A model generated the notes under the pieces. It did not search any database and was not told the origin of the DNA. It saw only the letters and a program-made list of their open reading frames with translations. The position numbers were made by a program, and so were the translations under genes. A stretch of 62,352 bases of DNA, filler included. It is 10 parts of 10 records of this genome, joined end to end, with 100 filler letters (N's around TTAATTAATTAA, not from the genome) between each part and the next. Parts side by side here need not be neighbours in the genome. Positions count along the whole stretch, not along the records: positions 1 to 8,773 come from SRR7504441_4298; positions 8,874 to 17,072 come from SRR7504441_4304; 8 more parts are not named here. One strand, given 5' to 3'. Shown here one piece after another: positions 1 to 12,162 of this stretch (positions within the stretch are counted from its first letter, which is position 1; the number at the start of each line of letters is the position of its first letter).

Positions 1-1046
1 TGAAGTGGCGGCTGCGGTAGGCTTATGATTTTAGAACTTAACGTCTAATCGTCAATAAAGTGATTTTGAGTCTCTTGATTTATATTACAGGAGGCTGGAT
101 CCATCAGACTTATTCAAATTGATTCGCCCTGTCTCTTTTAAGGTTTGGCTGGCAAAGCTTCCATATATGGCACACCTACCACTCGCACCTCACATTACTA
201 GTTTAAACAGTTATAGTTGAGGGAACATGTCGGCACCTTGAACTGATGCACACTGCAACATCGGACTGCCCAGGGCTCAGTGCCGCAGGCTTCCTGCTCG
301 GACCTGACAAGTCGGACCGGCACCGGGGCCATTGACAGTGCGAGCCCTGGTGAGTGGCAGCCCGCTCCACACCGCGTATGCCACGCCTGGCCCTCGATCG
401 AGCTCGCCGGGCTCACACTTCACCCCGCCTATGTAGACTCGTCTCGCGAAGTGCTCGCCACGAGATAGGCTCCTCAGCACGCGCGGGCTAGAGCAGAACG
501 CCGGCTGACCCCAGCATCAGGATGGTCCAGTCGCCAGGCACCAGCGGGGCGTAGCGCTCTAGCAATCGCACGTGCCCCGGCTTGGCCGGAGTCCTTGCCT
601 GCGGGACCACCTCACGGGCTCCGATGCTGCTGCGCGGTCGGCAGGACATGGAAATGCGGCTGGAATCGACTTGTTGGACCTAATCCGATTCGGCCAGCAC
701 CAGGTCGGTATCTAGCGCCTCGTGCAGCACTTCAGGGCAGGAGTGCCACTGGAATACCGGCCGGGCCGCCCACTGCAGCGGATCGGCCTACCCACCGGCC
801 AATCGCCCACTTCAGGCCAGAGCCAGCGCCTGAGCCGCAGTACGCGTGCGAGATTTCGCTTCGGCCCGGCGCTCGGCGGTCCGTGGGCGCCGCCAGACTG
901 GCCGGGGCGGGAGCGACGTGGTTTCCGACGTGGTTTCACCCTGCAAGGGGTCCCCACCCCCCGACGACTGACGTTATAGTGTTGATGATAACGGCCCGGG
1001 TCGCACCAGTGGTCGCCCAGCGGGTCGCACCAGCGGGCCGGTCGAC

Positions 1047-3797
1047 ATGGGAGGCTGTGAGTCGGCTGAGCGGGTCGAGGGGGCGCCGATGGCTGAAGGC
1101 CCGCCCGCGCAGGCCGGGCTTGTCGACGTGCTCGCGGCAGCCGCCGGCTCCCGGCACGAGCAGCTCCAGCTGGTCGCCGCCGACGCGCCGGAGCGGATCC
1201 AAGCCTACGATGGGTGCGAGTACCAGCACAGGTACTACAGCCCCGGGGAGCCGAGGAAGGTGCCCTGGCCGATATGGCCGGGACCGCTCGAGCTGGCAAT
1301 ATCCAACGGGGACGCGACGGCCGCCCGGATCCTGCGCGCGGCTGGGGCCGAACCGAGCGAGGCGCTGGTCCGCGCAGCGGGTAACGGCGCCCTGCCGGCG
1401 GTGCTCGCGATCTTGGAGGCGGGCGGTGGGGTTGAGGCGACCAGTGTGGCGCTGGGACACACGCCGCTTACCGCGGCCTGCTGGGGGGGTCGTGGGGAGG
1501 TGGTGGAGGCGTTGCTGGCGGCCAAGGCGGCAGTGGACAGACCAAGCGGGGCCGACACCGTTGGCGGTTCAGTGACCGCTCTAGTGGCGGCGGCGGGGAT
1601 GGGGCACACGAGAGTGGTGGGGCTGCTGCTGGCTGCTTCCGCCGAGGTGGATCTGGCTGTTGGCGCCAGAACGGCACTCAGTGAGGCAAGCCGTACGGGA
1701 GTGATCACAGTGATCACCCAACTGCTGGGCGCCGGTGCGAGCGTTAATGGCTCGAGCGGCGCTGGTACCTCACCGCTCGTTGCAGCCTCAGGGCACTCCG
1801 GCGCGTGTAGCCAGGCGAGGCTGCAGGTGGTGCAGGAGCTGATACGGCTGGAGGCAGACGTGAACAGGGCCGATGGCGCCAACCTGACGCCTCTCGGGGC
1901 GGCTGTCTTGCACAGCCACCAGCCCATTGTAAACGAATTGCTCGCCAGCCGCGCCGACCCGAATCCGGCGGGCGTCGAGTACCCGCCACTGCATGTGGCT
2001 GTTGAGGCCGGGCAGCTTGCCCTCGTCCGGGCATTGCTGGCCGCGAGAGCACGAGTTGACCTGCCCGGGGTCTGTGGCGTGACGGCACTGGAGCTGGCAA
2101 TGCTGTCGGGCAGGGCAGACAGCACCCAGGCTCGTAGTCATTACTTGAAGATTCGTGGCCAGGGCGACCTGAAGGACAGCGCGATCGTGGATGAGTTGCT
2201 TTCAGCAGACGCGGACGTGGGTCAACCATGGGTCAACGCAATAAGCCGTGAAGGCTGCTCGCCGCTTGTGGCAACCGTAGCCCAGGGCCAGCTGTTCCGG
2301 GTGCGTGCGCTGCTTTCGGTGCACGCCGACCCAAATTTAGCGGCAGTAGATCCTTCTTGCACTATGCATCGGGGCATTGTGAGGTCGCCGCTCTGTGTAG
2401 CGCTTAGCGGTCAGCTCTATCAGAATATCGAGCAGGCGTCAGGGATACTCGATGGGTTGATCGAAGCCAAGGCAGACTGCAACTGCGTCGACGGGAGCTC
2501 GGGGCTGCCACTGCTTCATCTCCTCGTAGCCGACGCAGAGCTCTGCTCCAGATTCCCTCGCCAGGCCGCTTCTTTCGTTAAGCGGCTGTTGGATGCAGCT
2601 GCCCAGGTGGATAGTGTCAACGGCCAGGGCTGGACACCCCTGCTTGTGGCCTGCGGCGCGGGCTGGGCGGGCGGGGGCGACGGATATGTAGGTATTGTGC
2701 AGATGCTGTTGGCTGCAACCGCAGATGCCAATCGTGATGACAATTCAGCACAACACATCACCCCACTACTGTATGCTGTTAGACAGTCACAGAGTGATCG
2801 CATGGTCCAGTCACTTCTAGCAGCCAAGGCCAGTGCGGACGTGCCCAGCGCATTCACCCCCAAAAACGGTGAGCTGCCTCTTATGGCTGTGGCCGTCGGG
2901 CTGTGGCCGGGGCAGCTCTCGAGCTCGACCCTCACAGCTCTAGTTTCGGCAAATGCGAGTGTGAATGCGGCGTCTCGCGAGGATGGCAGGACAGCGCTGC
3001 ATCACAATGTCTCTGCAGACCAGGTGCGGTGGCTGCTACAGGCCAAAGCAGATGCAAACCTCACCAGCCTTGATGGCGCAACCCCTCTGATTTCGGCTGC
3101 ATTTAGCCGAGAGGCCACATCTGCGTCGCTGGAGATGCTTCTAAGTGCCGGTGCCAGTGTTGAGGTGGCGGACGATCGCGGGGATACGGCACTCGGACTG
3201 GCTGCGCTGAATGGTGATGGCGATAAGGCTCTTGTGTTGCTGGATGCCGGAGCAGATGCAAACAAAGCTAATCTGACAGGCGAGACGCCGCTTTGGTTGG
3301 CTTCAACTCGAAGCAGCCGGTGGAATCATCATCGCGAGCAGCGGTACGCCTCCACGATACAAGTGCTGCTGGCCTTTGATGCGCAGGTGAATCAGCCAGA
3401 CGGTAGGGGAACGACGCCGCTGTGGCAAGCGGCTGCTCGCGGGGGCTCAATCACAACCCAAGTTCTGCTCAACTCGGGTGCCGAACTAGAGGCGCCTGAC
3501 TTGCATGGGCACACTGCACTAGTTGCAGCGGGGATACATGAGAGAGCACCTACGGTCCGGGTGCTCTTGGCAGCTAAAGCAAATCTGAATCGTGTCGACA
3601 AAAACGGGAATACGCCGCTTCTGTGGGCGGTTGCGGCTGATCCAAAGCGCGTGGAAGTTGTGAGCACTTTAATCGGCGCTAAAGCCGACGTTGATGCGAC
3701 CAATGTCGATGGGGACACAGCACTGGTGATTGCTTTAAATTTGGGGCATACGGAACTGATAGATGTGCTTCAAGATCCGACAATTCAGCTTAATTAA
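1047..3797 (+). CDS. Ankyrin repeat protein (~916 aa, intronless)
   Basis: Long ORF with ~20 ankyrin-type units (G.TPL..A...G...VV..LL.A.A.VD/N); the start could be 1047 or 1089. Confidence 0.9.
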   Translation: MGGCESAERVEGAPMAEGPPAQAGLVDVLAAAAGSRHEQLQLVAADAPERIQAYDGCEYQHRYYSPGEPRKVPWPIWPGPLELAISNGDATAARILRAAGAEPSEALVRAAGNGALPAVLAILEAGGGVEATSVALGHTPLTAACWGGRGEVVEALLAAKAAVDRPSGADTVGGSVTALVAAAGMGHTRVVGLLLAASAEVDLAVGARTALSEASRTGVITVITQLLGAGASVNGSSGAGTSPLVAASGHSGACSQARLQVVQELIRLEADVNRADGANLTPLGAAVLHSHQPIVNELLASRADPNPAGVEYPPLHVAVEAGQLALVRALLAARARVDLPGVCGVTALELAMLSGRADSTQARSHYLKIRGQGDLKDSAIVDELLSADADVGQPWVNAISREGCSPLVATVAQGQLFRVRALLSVHADPNLAAVDPSCTMHRGIVRSPLCVALSGQLYQNIEQASGILDGLIEAKADCNCVDGSSGLPLLHLLVADAELCSRFPRQAASFVKRLLDAAAQVDSVNGQGWTPLLVACGAGWAGGGDGYVGIVQMLLAATADANRDDNSAQHITPLLYAVRQSQSDRMVQSLLAAKASADVPSAFTPKNGELPLMAVAVGLWPGQLSSSTLTALVSANASVNAASREDGRTALHHNVSADQVRWLLQAKADANLTSLDGATPLISAAFSREATSASLEMLLSAGASVEVADDRGDTALGLAALNGDGDKALVLLDAGADANKANLTGETPLWLASTRSSRWNHHREQRYASTIQVLLAFDAQVNQPDGRGTTPLWQAAARGGSITTQVLLNSGAELEAPDLHGHTALVAAGIHERAPTVRVLLAAKANLNRVDKNGNTPLLWAVAADPKRVEVVSTLIGAKADVDATNVDGDTALVIALNLGHTELIDVLQDPTIQLN

Positions 3798-4005
3798 TCT
3801 CAGCTCGGTGCACCGTAGAAAACCTAAATTAATGTACAAGTAAGAATTCGGACAAGTTCGTTAAATACATGCAAATGTAATTAATGCACATACACGTCCG
3901 ATTCTAATCGTCGCTGCGGCGGAACCAGCTCGTGGCCCGCGAGTAAAGCGAAACCATCGACCAGTCTGCGGACATTTCCTGCGCACATCTCAGCCCTCTA
4001 ATCAT

Positions 4006-5636
4006 CTAACAAGATAAGTTCACCGGCTGCAGAGCATGATGGTCCATCTCCCGGCAAAAGCAGCTCATCACAATCGGCATCCCAATCACGCCATGCACAA
4101 ACTCGTCCAGGTCGATCATCCCGTTCCGATCCACGTCGAGTTGCTCAAACACCTTTGCAACAATCAATCGAATGCCTCCGTATAGATCAATCACTCGCCT
4201 TTTTAGACATCTGGTCCACCTTCTCAGGGCTGGGCGGCTGCTGGTAGTGCAGCCGGAGCAGCAACCGGACCATCGTACTCACCTGTGCCCCGATCAGCCA
4301 GCCGCCGGCTTGCTGCCCGCGCCTCCTGCACGTCTAGCTGGCCATCGTTGTTCATATCATAGCACCGGAACCCGAGACAGAGTCGCTGGTGCACCGTCCC
4401 TTTACACAGCGTGGACAATCCTAACACGAGCTCCTCCATATCCAGCCAGCCGTCTGCATCAGTGTCGAACGCACTGTGCAATAGAGCAGCCATCCCCTTG
4501 TGCCTGGGCGAGGTGTCGCTAAGCATCATCTGCAGTCCATGTGCATCCAGCTGCGTGGTGCCTGCCTGCTCCGCAGCGCTCCTGTACAACCGCCTGAGAT
4601 GCTCCACCTCGGACACGCTGAACTCGCTCCGAGAGGCTAGCCGGATGTCCAGCCGCTTGGCCTGCAAGGCCTGCTGCTCCGCGAGGTGGGTTCGCTCTGC
4701 ATCCAGCCACAGCGCGCTGATCTCCTCTGCAGGCACTACATGGCTCGCGGCCTCGGCAAGCAGCAGATCCGGCTGGTCGGCAGAGTCTGTGGTCCACTTA
4801 AATACAGCGTCGAGCTGCATTAAAGCCTCCTGGTGGTCAATTGGCCCTGGCTTGTACTGGTTCAGAATTGAGAGCACCTTGGCCTCAGCTCTAGCCAAGA
4901 GCGCTAGAACCAGCCCAATCAGCAGCGGTCTGCCCTGCACGAGCAACGAGTCCCATAGCCGGAGCACGCACCGGGTGGGCAGCACCAGCACCAGCACTGT
5001 GCAGAGCCAGCGCGGGAGTAGCAGCAGCAAGTCGTAGTCGAGCTCCGCCAGTGCCGCGTGCAGCGCCGGCAGCCGACGCTCGGCCAGGGCCTTGATCACC
5101 GCCACGTCCAGCAGCACCCCACTCAGCCCAGCCGCCCAGTAGCTCGGGAGGAGCCAATCAACCATGAACCAAAACACCGCCAGGGCAGCGGCTGGTGGGC
5201 CAAAGCACCGCAGCTCGTCTTTAGACTGCCCGCCGGCCGGATCGTCGCAGGTCAGCAGGAGCTGGGCCGCCACGAAGTTCATCCCTTGGCAGTACCCCAC
5301 CTCCGGCCGCCGGGTGGCGTACGCCCCCAGCACCGCCCCCAGCTCAGCCGGGGAGAGAGCCGGCTCGGCCGGGAAGGTACGCTGGATGTCCTTGGCGATG
5401 TCGTTCTCAGCCGGCGAGTCGCTCGGCTGGTGCGCCCGGAGCATCTCGCCGCACTCCGCCCCCGAAGGCAGCGGCGGGCGCGGCCGGTCGATCGGGTGAC
5501 TCCAGCTGGCCGCAGACGGCTGGACCGCCAGCCGGAGCCAGACTGGGCCGCGCGGCTGGCCGTCCGGCACCCCGGCCTGGCTCAGCTCGCGCAAACGGCC
5601 GATGTCGACGGCGGCCACGTCGTCCGGCCACTCCAT
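4006..5636 (-). CDS. Rab-GAP TBC domain protein with C-terminal EF-hands (2 introns)
   Basis: TBC motifs IAKDIQRTF, YCQGMNF and LRLWD; EF-hands DTDADGWLDMEE, DMNNDGQLDVQE and DVDRNGMIDLDE; GC-AG introns at 4283-4322 and 4153-4198 restore the frame. Confidence 0.85.
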
Positions 5637-5725
5637 CCCGATCCCTGGGCGTCGCCCGACTGGGCCTCGGATGTGCCGTTGAGAGGCCCGACGGCGAGCA
5701 CTCCGGGCACTGCACTCAGGCTGTC

Positions 5726-8551
5726 ATGAGCACTGGGGACGCGCTGGCGGAGCGAGGGGTGGTGTGGGAGGACGGGCGGGCCTGCTCGCGGTGTCCGGTG
5801 GACGCGGTGGATCTGGCGATGCTGCTCACCCAATTCAGCCAGGAGGCGGCGGCGGTGGACCGGAAACCGCACGGGGAGCGAATCAGCTGCGACCTGGCCG
5901 GGCGTCAACACGACCCGGGGCCCAAGAGCCGGCTGGGCGGGCGGCACACCCAGGCCATGCTCACCGGGCAGGGCCCCGGGGCCACTGGGCTCCGGGGCTG
6001 GTGGTCGGTGCTGGAGCGTTCAGCGGAGGCGGCTGGGGCGAGGCTGGTGCAGATGTTCTGCATGGTGGCCTCGGGCCAGGGCCCCGGCGCCACCACTGGC
6101 GAGCCGCACGCCGACGCGGTGCGCTGCCGGGCGAGCGGGCAGCTGATCGGGTCTCGTGGGACTGTCCATCTGACAGCGGACGACCGAGCGCGCCGCGAGT
6201 TCCGGGTGGGTCTCGTGCAGATGGAGGACTCCGGCGACAAGACCCAGCGAGTGGCCCGGCAGTCGCTTCAGCCCGAGCCTGGGGCCGACGGCCGGCGGCA
6301 CCTGCCCGACGGATCGGCCTGTCGGTTTTACGGGAACGGGGAAGTTTCGATTCTGAACGACGTAGGCCTGGGGGTAGTCAAAGCTGCCGATGGGTCGCAG
6401 ACTGCGCATGAGGGCGGGATCGCCCCAATCGGGCAGCCGGCGCCGGACGGGCAGTGCACCATGCACGGGGCGGTGGTTTTTTCTCTAGACAGGGCGCTGC
6501 CCAGCCAGGCGCTGAGGCGAATCGCTGAGCGGCTCGTGGAGCTGGTCATTGCGATGGCGCCCGGGCTGCGGCAGACCAACCGGTCCGCCTGGGAGCAGAT
6601 GCGGATGGGTCATGGTGCTCCGATGTTTGGCGCGCTGGTGCCGCGCCGACGGAGGCCAGTCCGGCAGCCTGCAGCCGACCCGAATGAAGTGCTGGTTTCG
6701 CTTTCCGTAGGCTATGACGGAGAGCGCTTCTGCGGGCCGGGCAGTCGGTTCGACCCCGGCTGGCGCCCAGACCCGCAGGCGCGTGAGCTGTACGGTCCGG
6801 GGACAGTGGACGGGCAACTGCTGCTGGCGTTGGACCGAGTGAGGCTTGAGATCGACCCTGAGGCGAGCAGGCTGGCTCCGAGGCCAGATGTGTTCTCTCG
6901 AGCAGCCAGGACCGACCGGGGGGCGGGTGCGGTGTGCAACGTGCTGGCCCTGCCGTTGGAGACTAGCCTGCTCGGCCAGCTGCCGCCAGAGGAGCTCGTC
7001 GAGCGAGTGAATCGGCAACTGCCAGATGCAGTCCGGCTGCTGCGAGTGGCACGGGCGTGCACCAGGTTCAACGCCCGCGCAGACTGCGACACCAAGAGCT
7101 ACCAGCTGGCCGTCCCAGTCCCGCAGCCAGCTGGCGGCTTCGCGGGGGGCTCACAGCGCCAGCTTTGGCACAGCCTGCCCTCCTGTGCATGGAAGCGTCA
7201 GGGCTCCGGGCCGAGGTGTCTGCTGGCAGCCCCGATGGAAGCAACTGCGCTGGGCAGACAGCACGTCGAATGGACTGTCCGCCGCACCCAGCCCGGCTCG
7301 GCCAGCCCGATGCTGCGATTGGCGGTGCGGTTTGAGCGCGGCGTGTGGTATTGCTCTGCACAAGGAGAGTCTCGTTGCCACTCGAGAGGTAACTGCCTCG
7401 AGTACTTCGGGTGCGGAGCCCTGGCCGACCTTAGCCAATGGGAGCTGCGCACGCTCGGGTTGGCGGGCAGTCTCTGGCGGCGGATGGATCCAGACTCTCT
7501 CCGGCTTTCTTCGGCCGTGCCGGCTGAGTTGCCAGCCGGGGTTGTTGTGGCGGTCGGGGTTTGGTGCGACAGTAGCCCTCTCACTGGGATGGAGAAGAGC
7601 ACCTACGGGAGCTCAGAGATGGACCCCGCCCCGGAGCAACGCGAGCGGGTGCTGACCAGTATGCTCACTGCCGAGCAGCGTTCGCTGATCGAGCATCTCC
7701 AGCCTGCCATGCGATTGACAGTCCAACCAGAGCGCGCGCTGACCAAGCAAGAGCGCACCGCCCTGTGCGCAGCTGTGCGCGCGCTGGGTGGTCAGCGCAG
7801 TGCCGAGTTCGCTAGGGTGGACGGCGAGCGCGTGCTGAGCGTGCAGCGGGCCGGGCAGCAAGCCTCATGCGAGGTGCGCCCGCCGGTGGAGGTCGGCATG
7901 GTGCGGATGGTTGAACTAAGCCAGAACTCGCCGGGGCCGAGCGCTGTGCCTGGCCTGTCGGTGTGCTGCGAAGCCTCGGCGATCCTAGCCCGGCTAGACC
8001 CAGTGCTGCGCAGTCTTGAGGGCGAGCACCGCTTTTACAGCTTTAGCCCTCATCTGAAAGCTTCCCAGCGCAAGAGCCAAAGACAGCTGGCTCAGGCAGC
8101 TTGCACAGGCTTCCTGTTGCAGCACTGCGGGCCTGCCGAATGGCGTGCGTGCGTGCTGCTCGGATTTGCGGCCAGAGGCTTTCTGTTCGGCCAGGTCGAA
8201 CACATGGCCGGCGCCGCACTGATGATAGCCGACCAACAGCTGCCGCCCGATGAGATCGACCAGGCGTTCGCCTCTGAGCAGCCAATCAGCCTCCCTCGGG
8301 TCCAGGCTGGCGGCCTATCGCTGCAGAGCTGTTGCTACCGTCGCAAGCTGCCCGGGCCGGATGCCTCTCCGGTGTGGGTCGGGCCCAGGGCTTGGGGCGG
8401 GACGGGAGTGCACGAGCAGTTCTCTGGTGAGGTGGGCATGGTGCTTGACTGGAGAGCCGAGCTGCTATCGGCCCAGGTGCGTCGGATGCGCGCGGCAAAG
8501 GGATGGCACGATTGTCTTGTCCCCAAGTCTAGTTCTGACATGTGCATGTAG
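5726..8551 (+). CDS. TruA/Pus1-family tRNA pseudouridine synthase with long N-terminal extension and internal insertion
   Basis: Motifs GYDGERFCG, AARTD (catalytic Asp), LPDAVRLL, FNARADC, LEGEHRFYSF and GFLFGQVEHMAG. Confidence 0.8.
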   Translation: MSTGDALAERGVVWEDGRACSRCPVDAVDLAMLLTQFSQEAAAVDRKPHGERISCDLAGRQHDPGPKSRLGGRHTQAMLTGQGPGATGLRGWWSVLERSAEAAGARLVQMFCMVASGQGPGATTGEPHADAVRCRASGQLIGSRGTVHLTADDRARREFRVGLVQMEDSGDKTQRVARQSLQPEPGADGRRHLPDGSACRFYGNGEVSILNDVGLGVVKAADGSQTAHEGGIAPIGQPAPDGQCTMHGAVVFSLDRALPSQALRRIAERLVELVIAMAPGLRQTNRSAWEQMRMGHGAPMFGALVPRRRRPVRQPAADPNEVLVSLSVGYDGERFCGPGSRFDPGWRPDPQARELYGPGTVDGQLLLALDRVRLEIDPEASRLAPRPDVFSRAARTDRGAGAVCNVLALPLETSLLGQLPPEELVERVNRQLPDAVRLLRVARACTRFNARADCDTKSYQLAVPVPQPAGGFAGGSQRQLWHSLPSCAWKRQGSGPRCLLAAPMEATALGRQHVEWTVRRTQPGSASPMLRLAVRFERGVWYCSAQGESRCHSRGNCLEYFGCGALADLSQWELRTLGLAGSLWRRMDPDSLRLSSAVPAELPAGVVVAVGVWCDSSPLTGMEKSTYGSSEMDPAPEQRERVLTSMLTAEQRSLIEHLQPAMRLTVQPERALTKQERTALCAAVRALGGQRSAEFARVDGERVLSVQRAGQQASCEVRPPVEVGMVRMVELSQNSPGPSAVPGLSVCCEASAILARLDPVLRSLEGEHRFYSFSPHLKASQRKSQRQLAQAACTGFLLQHCGPAEWRACVLLGFAARGFLFGQVEHMAGAALMIADQQLPPDEIDQAFASEQPISLPRVQAGGLSLQSCCYRRKLPGPDASPVWVGPRAWGGTGVHEQFSGEVGMVLDWRAELLSAQVRRMRAAKGWHDCLVPKSSSDMCM

Positions 8552-8773
8552 TCCAAATAAAAAGTTGATATCTAATTCATCTAAAGGGGAACTAAATACG
8601 AATACTAGCTGTGTCACTTGAGTGTGAATGAGAATACATGTAACCGGTTCCAACAATCATGTACACGACCGGGCACATGGTACCGGTGCTGCGCCGGCGC
8701 TCGTCCTGCGGCCGGTCCAAAGATCAAAAGAATGCACGAGATTATCTACTGCTGCATCTTCGTGTGCTCAGCA

Positions 8774-8873
8774 NNNNNNNNNNNNNNNNNNNNNNNNNNN
8801 NNNNNNNNNNNNNNNNNTTAATTAATTAANNNNNNNNNNNNNNNNNNNNNNNNNNNNNNNNNNNNNNNNNNNN
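8774..8873. other. Artificial contig linker (N-run + TTAATTAATTAA + N-run)
   Basis: 100-nt N block carrying a six-frame stop cassette. Confidence 0.97.
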
Positions 8874-9216
8874 GCTCCACCTGGGAGCACTCAGCCGGGC
8901 TCGCCCCGTCGCACCTGCTGCTGCAGCACCGGCTCACCGCGCTCGAGGAACTGCGGCTGGTCCGGAAGAACAAGCTGGCTGGCCCAGCGGCCTGGCACAA
9001 CACGAGCGCCGGCGCACCTGGCGCCAGGCAGTGGGCCCGGGGCTGGCAGGCAGCGCACCTAGCCCCGGGAGCCAGCCGAGCGCACAGCGCCTCCGGCAGC
9101 TGCTGCTCCGAGGCCAGGCACACCCGGTGCCGGGCCAGCCCCGGCCCAGAGGCCCGCAGACACACCCTGCCCGACAGGCCGGGCACCCAGAGCAGCAGCC
9201 ACAGCCACCGACCCAT
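8874..9216 (-). CDS. Putative secreted Cys-rich protein, 3' truncated at gap
   Basis: ATG at 9216 gives the signal-peptide-like MGRWLWLLLWVPGLSG followed by many Cys; divergent from MPP6 across 88 nt. Confidence 0.5.
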
Positions 9217-9304
9217 TCTGGATTCGCCAACGGCTTGACGGGGCGCGGTGCACGCCTGACGGAGGGTGCTCCAGCCGGGCCGTGCGGACGAGTGGCGGGC
9301 GAAG

Positions 9305-9900
9305 ATGTCGGACAAGGCGCGGGCAGGGCGCGGGGCGGGCGATCCTGGGGGCAGCTCAAGGCGATGAAGTTCATGCGCCGAAAGGAGGAGAAGCAGCTCC
9401 GGGAGGCGCTGCTGCACGAGCAGGCACCCCGGCCCGCACCGGGCTCTCACCGGCCGCAGGAGGCCACCAAGTGGGCGCTGCACTCGGCCAGCACCGGCGG
9501 CCGGTACTGCCACCCAGCACCGGCCCTCAGCCAGGGGACAGGTTGAGCCAGGCCGACCAGGAGGGCGACCCGGGCAGCGGCTTCCGGACGGGCAGGCGAT
9601 CGTTCGGAGGGTTTAACAAGGCGGTCGGTCGGGCGGAGGGGGCGTGCACTGAACCAGCGCCAGGTGCAGCGAGTAGAGGCCGAGCTCAAGGCGGCTCGGG
9701 ACCAGTTGCGGGCGAGCGTCACAGCACCAGCCGCTGAGCAGCGGCCCAAGCGTGAGCGCGAGCAAGAGGCGGACGTGTCAGAGGAGGAAATGGCATCACG
9801 GATGGCAGGGTTCAAAGCGGGTAAAGACAAATTCCGACCTAGCTCGAAGTGGCGATCACAGAAGAAGGCAAAGAGCAGTGACGAGGTGCCGGATCCGTAG
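9305..9900 (+). CDS. MPP6: M-phase phosphoprotein 6 (nuclear exosome cofactor), 3-4 introns
   Basis: Spliced product MSDK|LKAMKFMRRKEE...GRRSFGGFNKAV has both MPP6 signature blocks; the first intron, 9317-9354, is GC-AG. Confidence 0.8.
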
Positions 9901-10252
9901 GGGCGCTGCGGTGGCTATCGGCTACATGTACGTAAGTAACCGGTAAGTAACCGGACTTACATGATTGTATTTAAAATTGCTAGCACCTCAGATTCACGTA
10001 GTACTAATCATGTATAGTCAGTTTATACTGTGTTGGCTCATCGACAGTGACCGTGTTTACGATCATACGAGTACATAAAGACATTGATTGTACATCAATT
10101 GATTGACATAGGTCATCAGTGCACCTCATAGATTACGTACTAGTACTGTACCCGCCCAGTCAAACTAAAACTAAATGAAGAAGGGGACAATATCAGATGA
10201 GCGAAGCCTGAAAACCCCAAACCATCAGCCCAAACTGTTTACATCTAGCGGA

Positions 10253-12162
10253 TCAGTTCACCTCAGATTCACCGTATATATCATCAGCATCAAACCCTGG
10301 CTCGTTTTGGGTGGCGGCTAGCTCAGCTGCACAGCTGATGAGGGCCTGAATGGCCGAATTCAACTGCTCACAAGCCTCAGTCTGAGCATGACCCTCGATA
10401 ACGCACCATCGAGGTCTCCTCAGTGCTATCTAGATCCTCTAGATCACAGAACTGTTGGATTCTTGTGCACAGCCGCACAGCAAAGTCAGGATGGTTGGCT
10501 TCGCTGAGCAACTCCTTGAACCAGAACTTGAGCGCATCTCCAACCAGAGCCCTGCTCTCGGCTGCGCGCACTGCATCCTCGATTGTGGCGGTGCATCGGT
10601 CGAGCAGCTCAACGAACCGAGCTACTGAGAGCAGCGGACTGCGAGCGCTTGTGTTGCCACTTGCGGTGTGCACAAAATCAAGCAGTGCATCAGACTCATC
10701 AGACACAAGCGTGTCAGCAACACGGATCTGGTCATCACGGCCGATCTGACGTGCCGCGCGCTTCCACACGCTGTGTCGCCACTTCATCAGCGCGAGCTCT
10801 CCCAGCGAGAGTTCAACCTGTCGCACAGCTCGCAAGCCATCAGCACCCACCAGCCACCTGATAACCACTGCTCAGCCGCATGGCTTCGACCTGCTGCGAC
10901 ATCTTGATGATGCACCCACCCCAGCTCCCAATCTCCACAGCTGCAGCCGATGCCTGCACCCGGCACCTCAAAACGGGCGGCTCCGGCCGCTTGTCGCCTG
11001 CCAGCACAGCTGCACAAAGAAGCCCGGCCGAACTTCGAGCCCGTCAAGCTGGGCCATCGCGCTGGCCACTGTCGAGTCGTGCCCAAATGTAGCCGGGATC
11101 TGGGCCAGCTCTGACGCGTCCAGAACCTCGTTGCCATCCAGGTCCAGCACAGAGAAAAACAGCTACCCCGCCACAGTCAGGCCAGGGCAGGCTGGCGGCA
11201 ACAACCATGAAGATCCCATCCAGGAAAGCGCGGAACGTGTGGATCGAGTATCCCGAGCCGCCGGGCACCAGATTCCCGAGCATTCGACTGAAGCTCTCCT
11301 CTGCAGTGTTGGCCCCGGCGCTGCACGCGACAGTGAACTCTGCAGTGTCTATCAGCCCATTTCGGTCTGAATCGATCAAATTGAATATTGTTTCGCTGCT
11401 CGTGATCCTGTCCAGCTTGGTCTGCGGGAGCAGCAGTGCTGCTTGTGGCTGCTGCTCTGGCGCTGGCTCTGCCGCTGGTGGCTCTCTCACGACCGGCTGC
11501 TGCAGCACGACCGGCTCCCTCACACTCTCTGCCCCGACCAGCCCCAGCAGCTTCTCGATCCGCGCTGCAGTGGCCTGGCTGTCCATACCGGTCGCCTGCC
11601 AGTCCTGCAGCTCGGCTGCGACCGCTGCCCGCAGCCCGGCCAGCTGCTGCTCCAGCTCGGCGGCCAGCTTGCTGTCGCCTGGTGGTGGCCTCTGCGGGCT
11701 CGGACTCGGCTTGGCCGCCGGCTGCCTCGCGAGCACCTGGAACGGGCCGTGACCTGGACAGACCGCCGGCGGCGCACCTCTGCGAGCACCTGCTCCTGGA
11801 CAGCGGTCGGCGCCTCCACCCCAAACTTACTCCACAGATCTGCCACCACAGATCGGCACACCCCAGCGGCTGACTGCACCGGCGTAGAATGTCATCTCGA
11901 CGAACTCGGGAAACCCGAGAGTACCTGGCAGCCGGTTCAGAGAGCGGGCTAGCCCAGGCGGGGCGCCTGCGTCGCTGATGTCGTAGGCCTGGACGAGCGA
12001 CTCGGTGACTCTGGTGATGTTCCGGCGGGACGACGAAGTGAAGTAGTGCTCGAACAGCTGGGCCAGCTGAGCCGAGGAGATGGTCTCCCGAGTCGGGTCC
12101 CCATCCTCAAAGATCTCCCGCAGCTGCTGGGCCACAGCTGCCCGATCAGCAGCCTCAGCCAT
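10253..12162 (-). CDS. Multi-EF-hand calcium-binding protein, multi-exon (3' end uncertain)
   Basis: EF loops DISDAGTLGFPEF (after removing intron 11925-11966), DSDRNGLIDTAEF and DLDGNEVLDASEL; several ~40-nt introns. Confidence 0.65.

Noticed and set aside
198-960. Possible minus-strand gene upstream of the ankyrin gene
   Set aside because: The region is GC-rich but I could not build a consistent start, exon chain or domain
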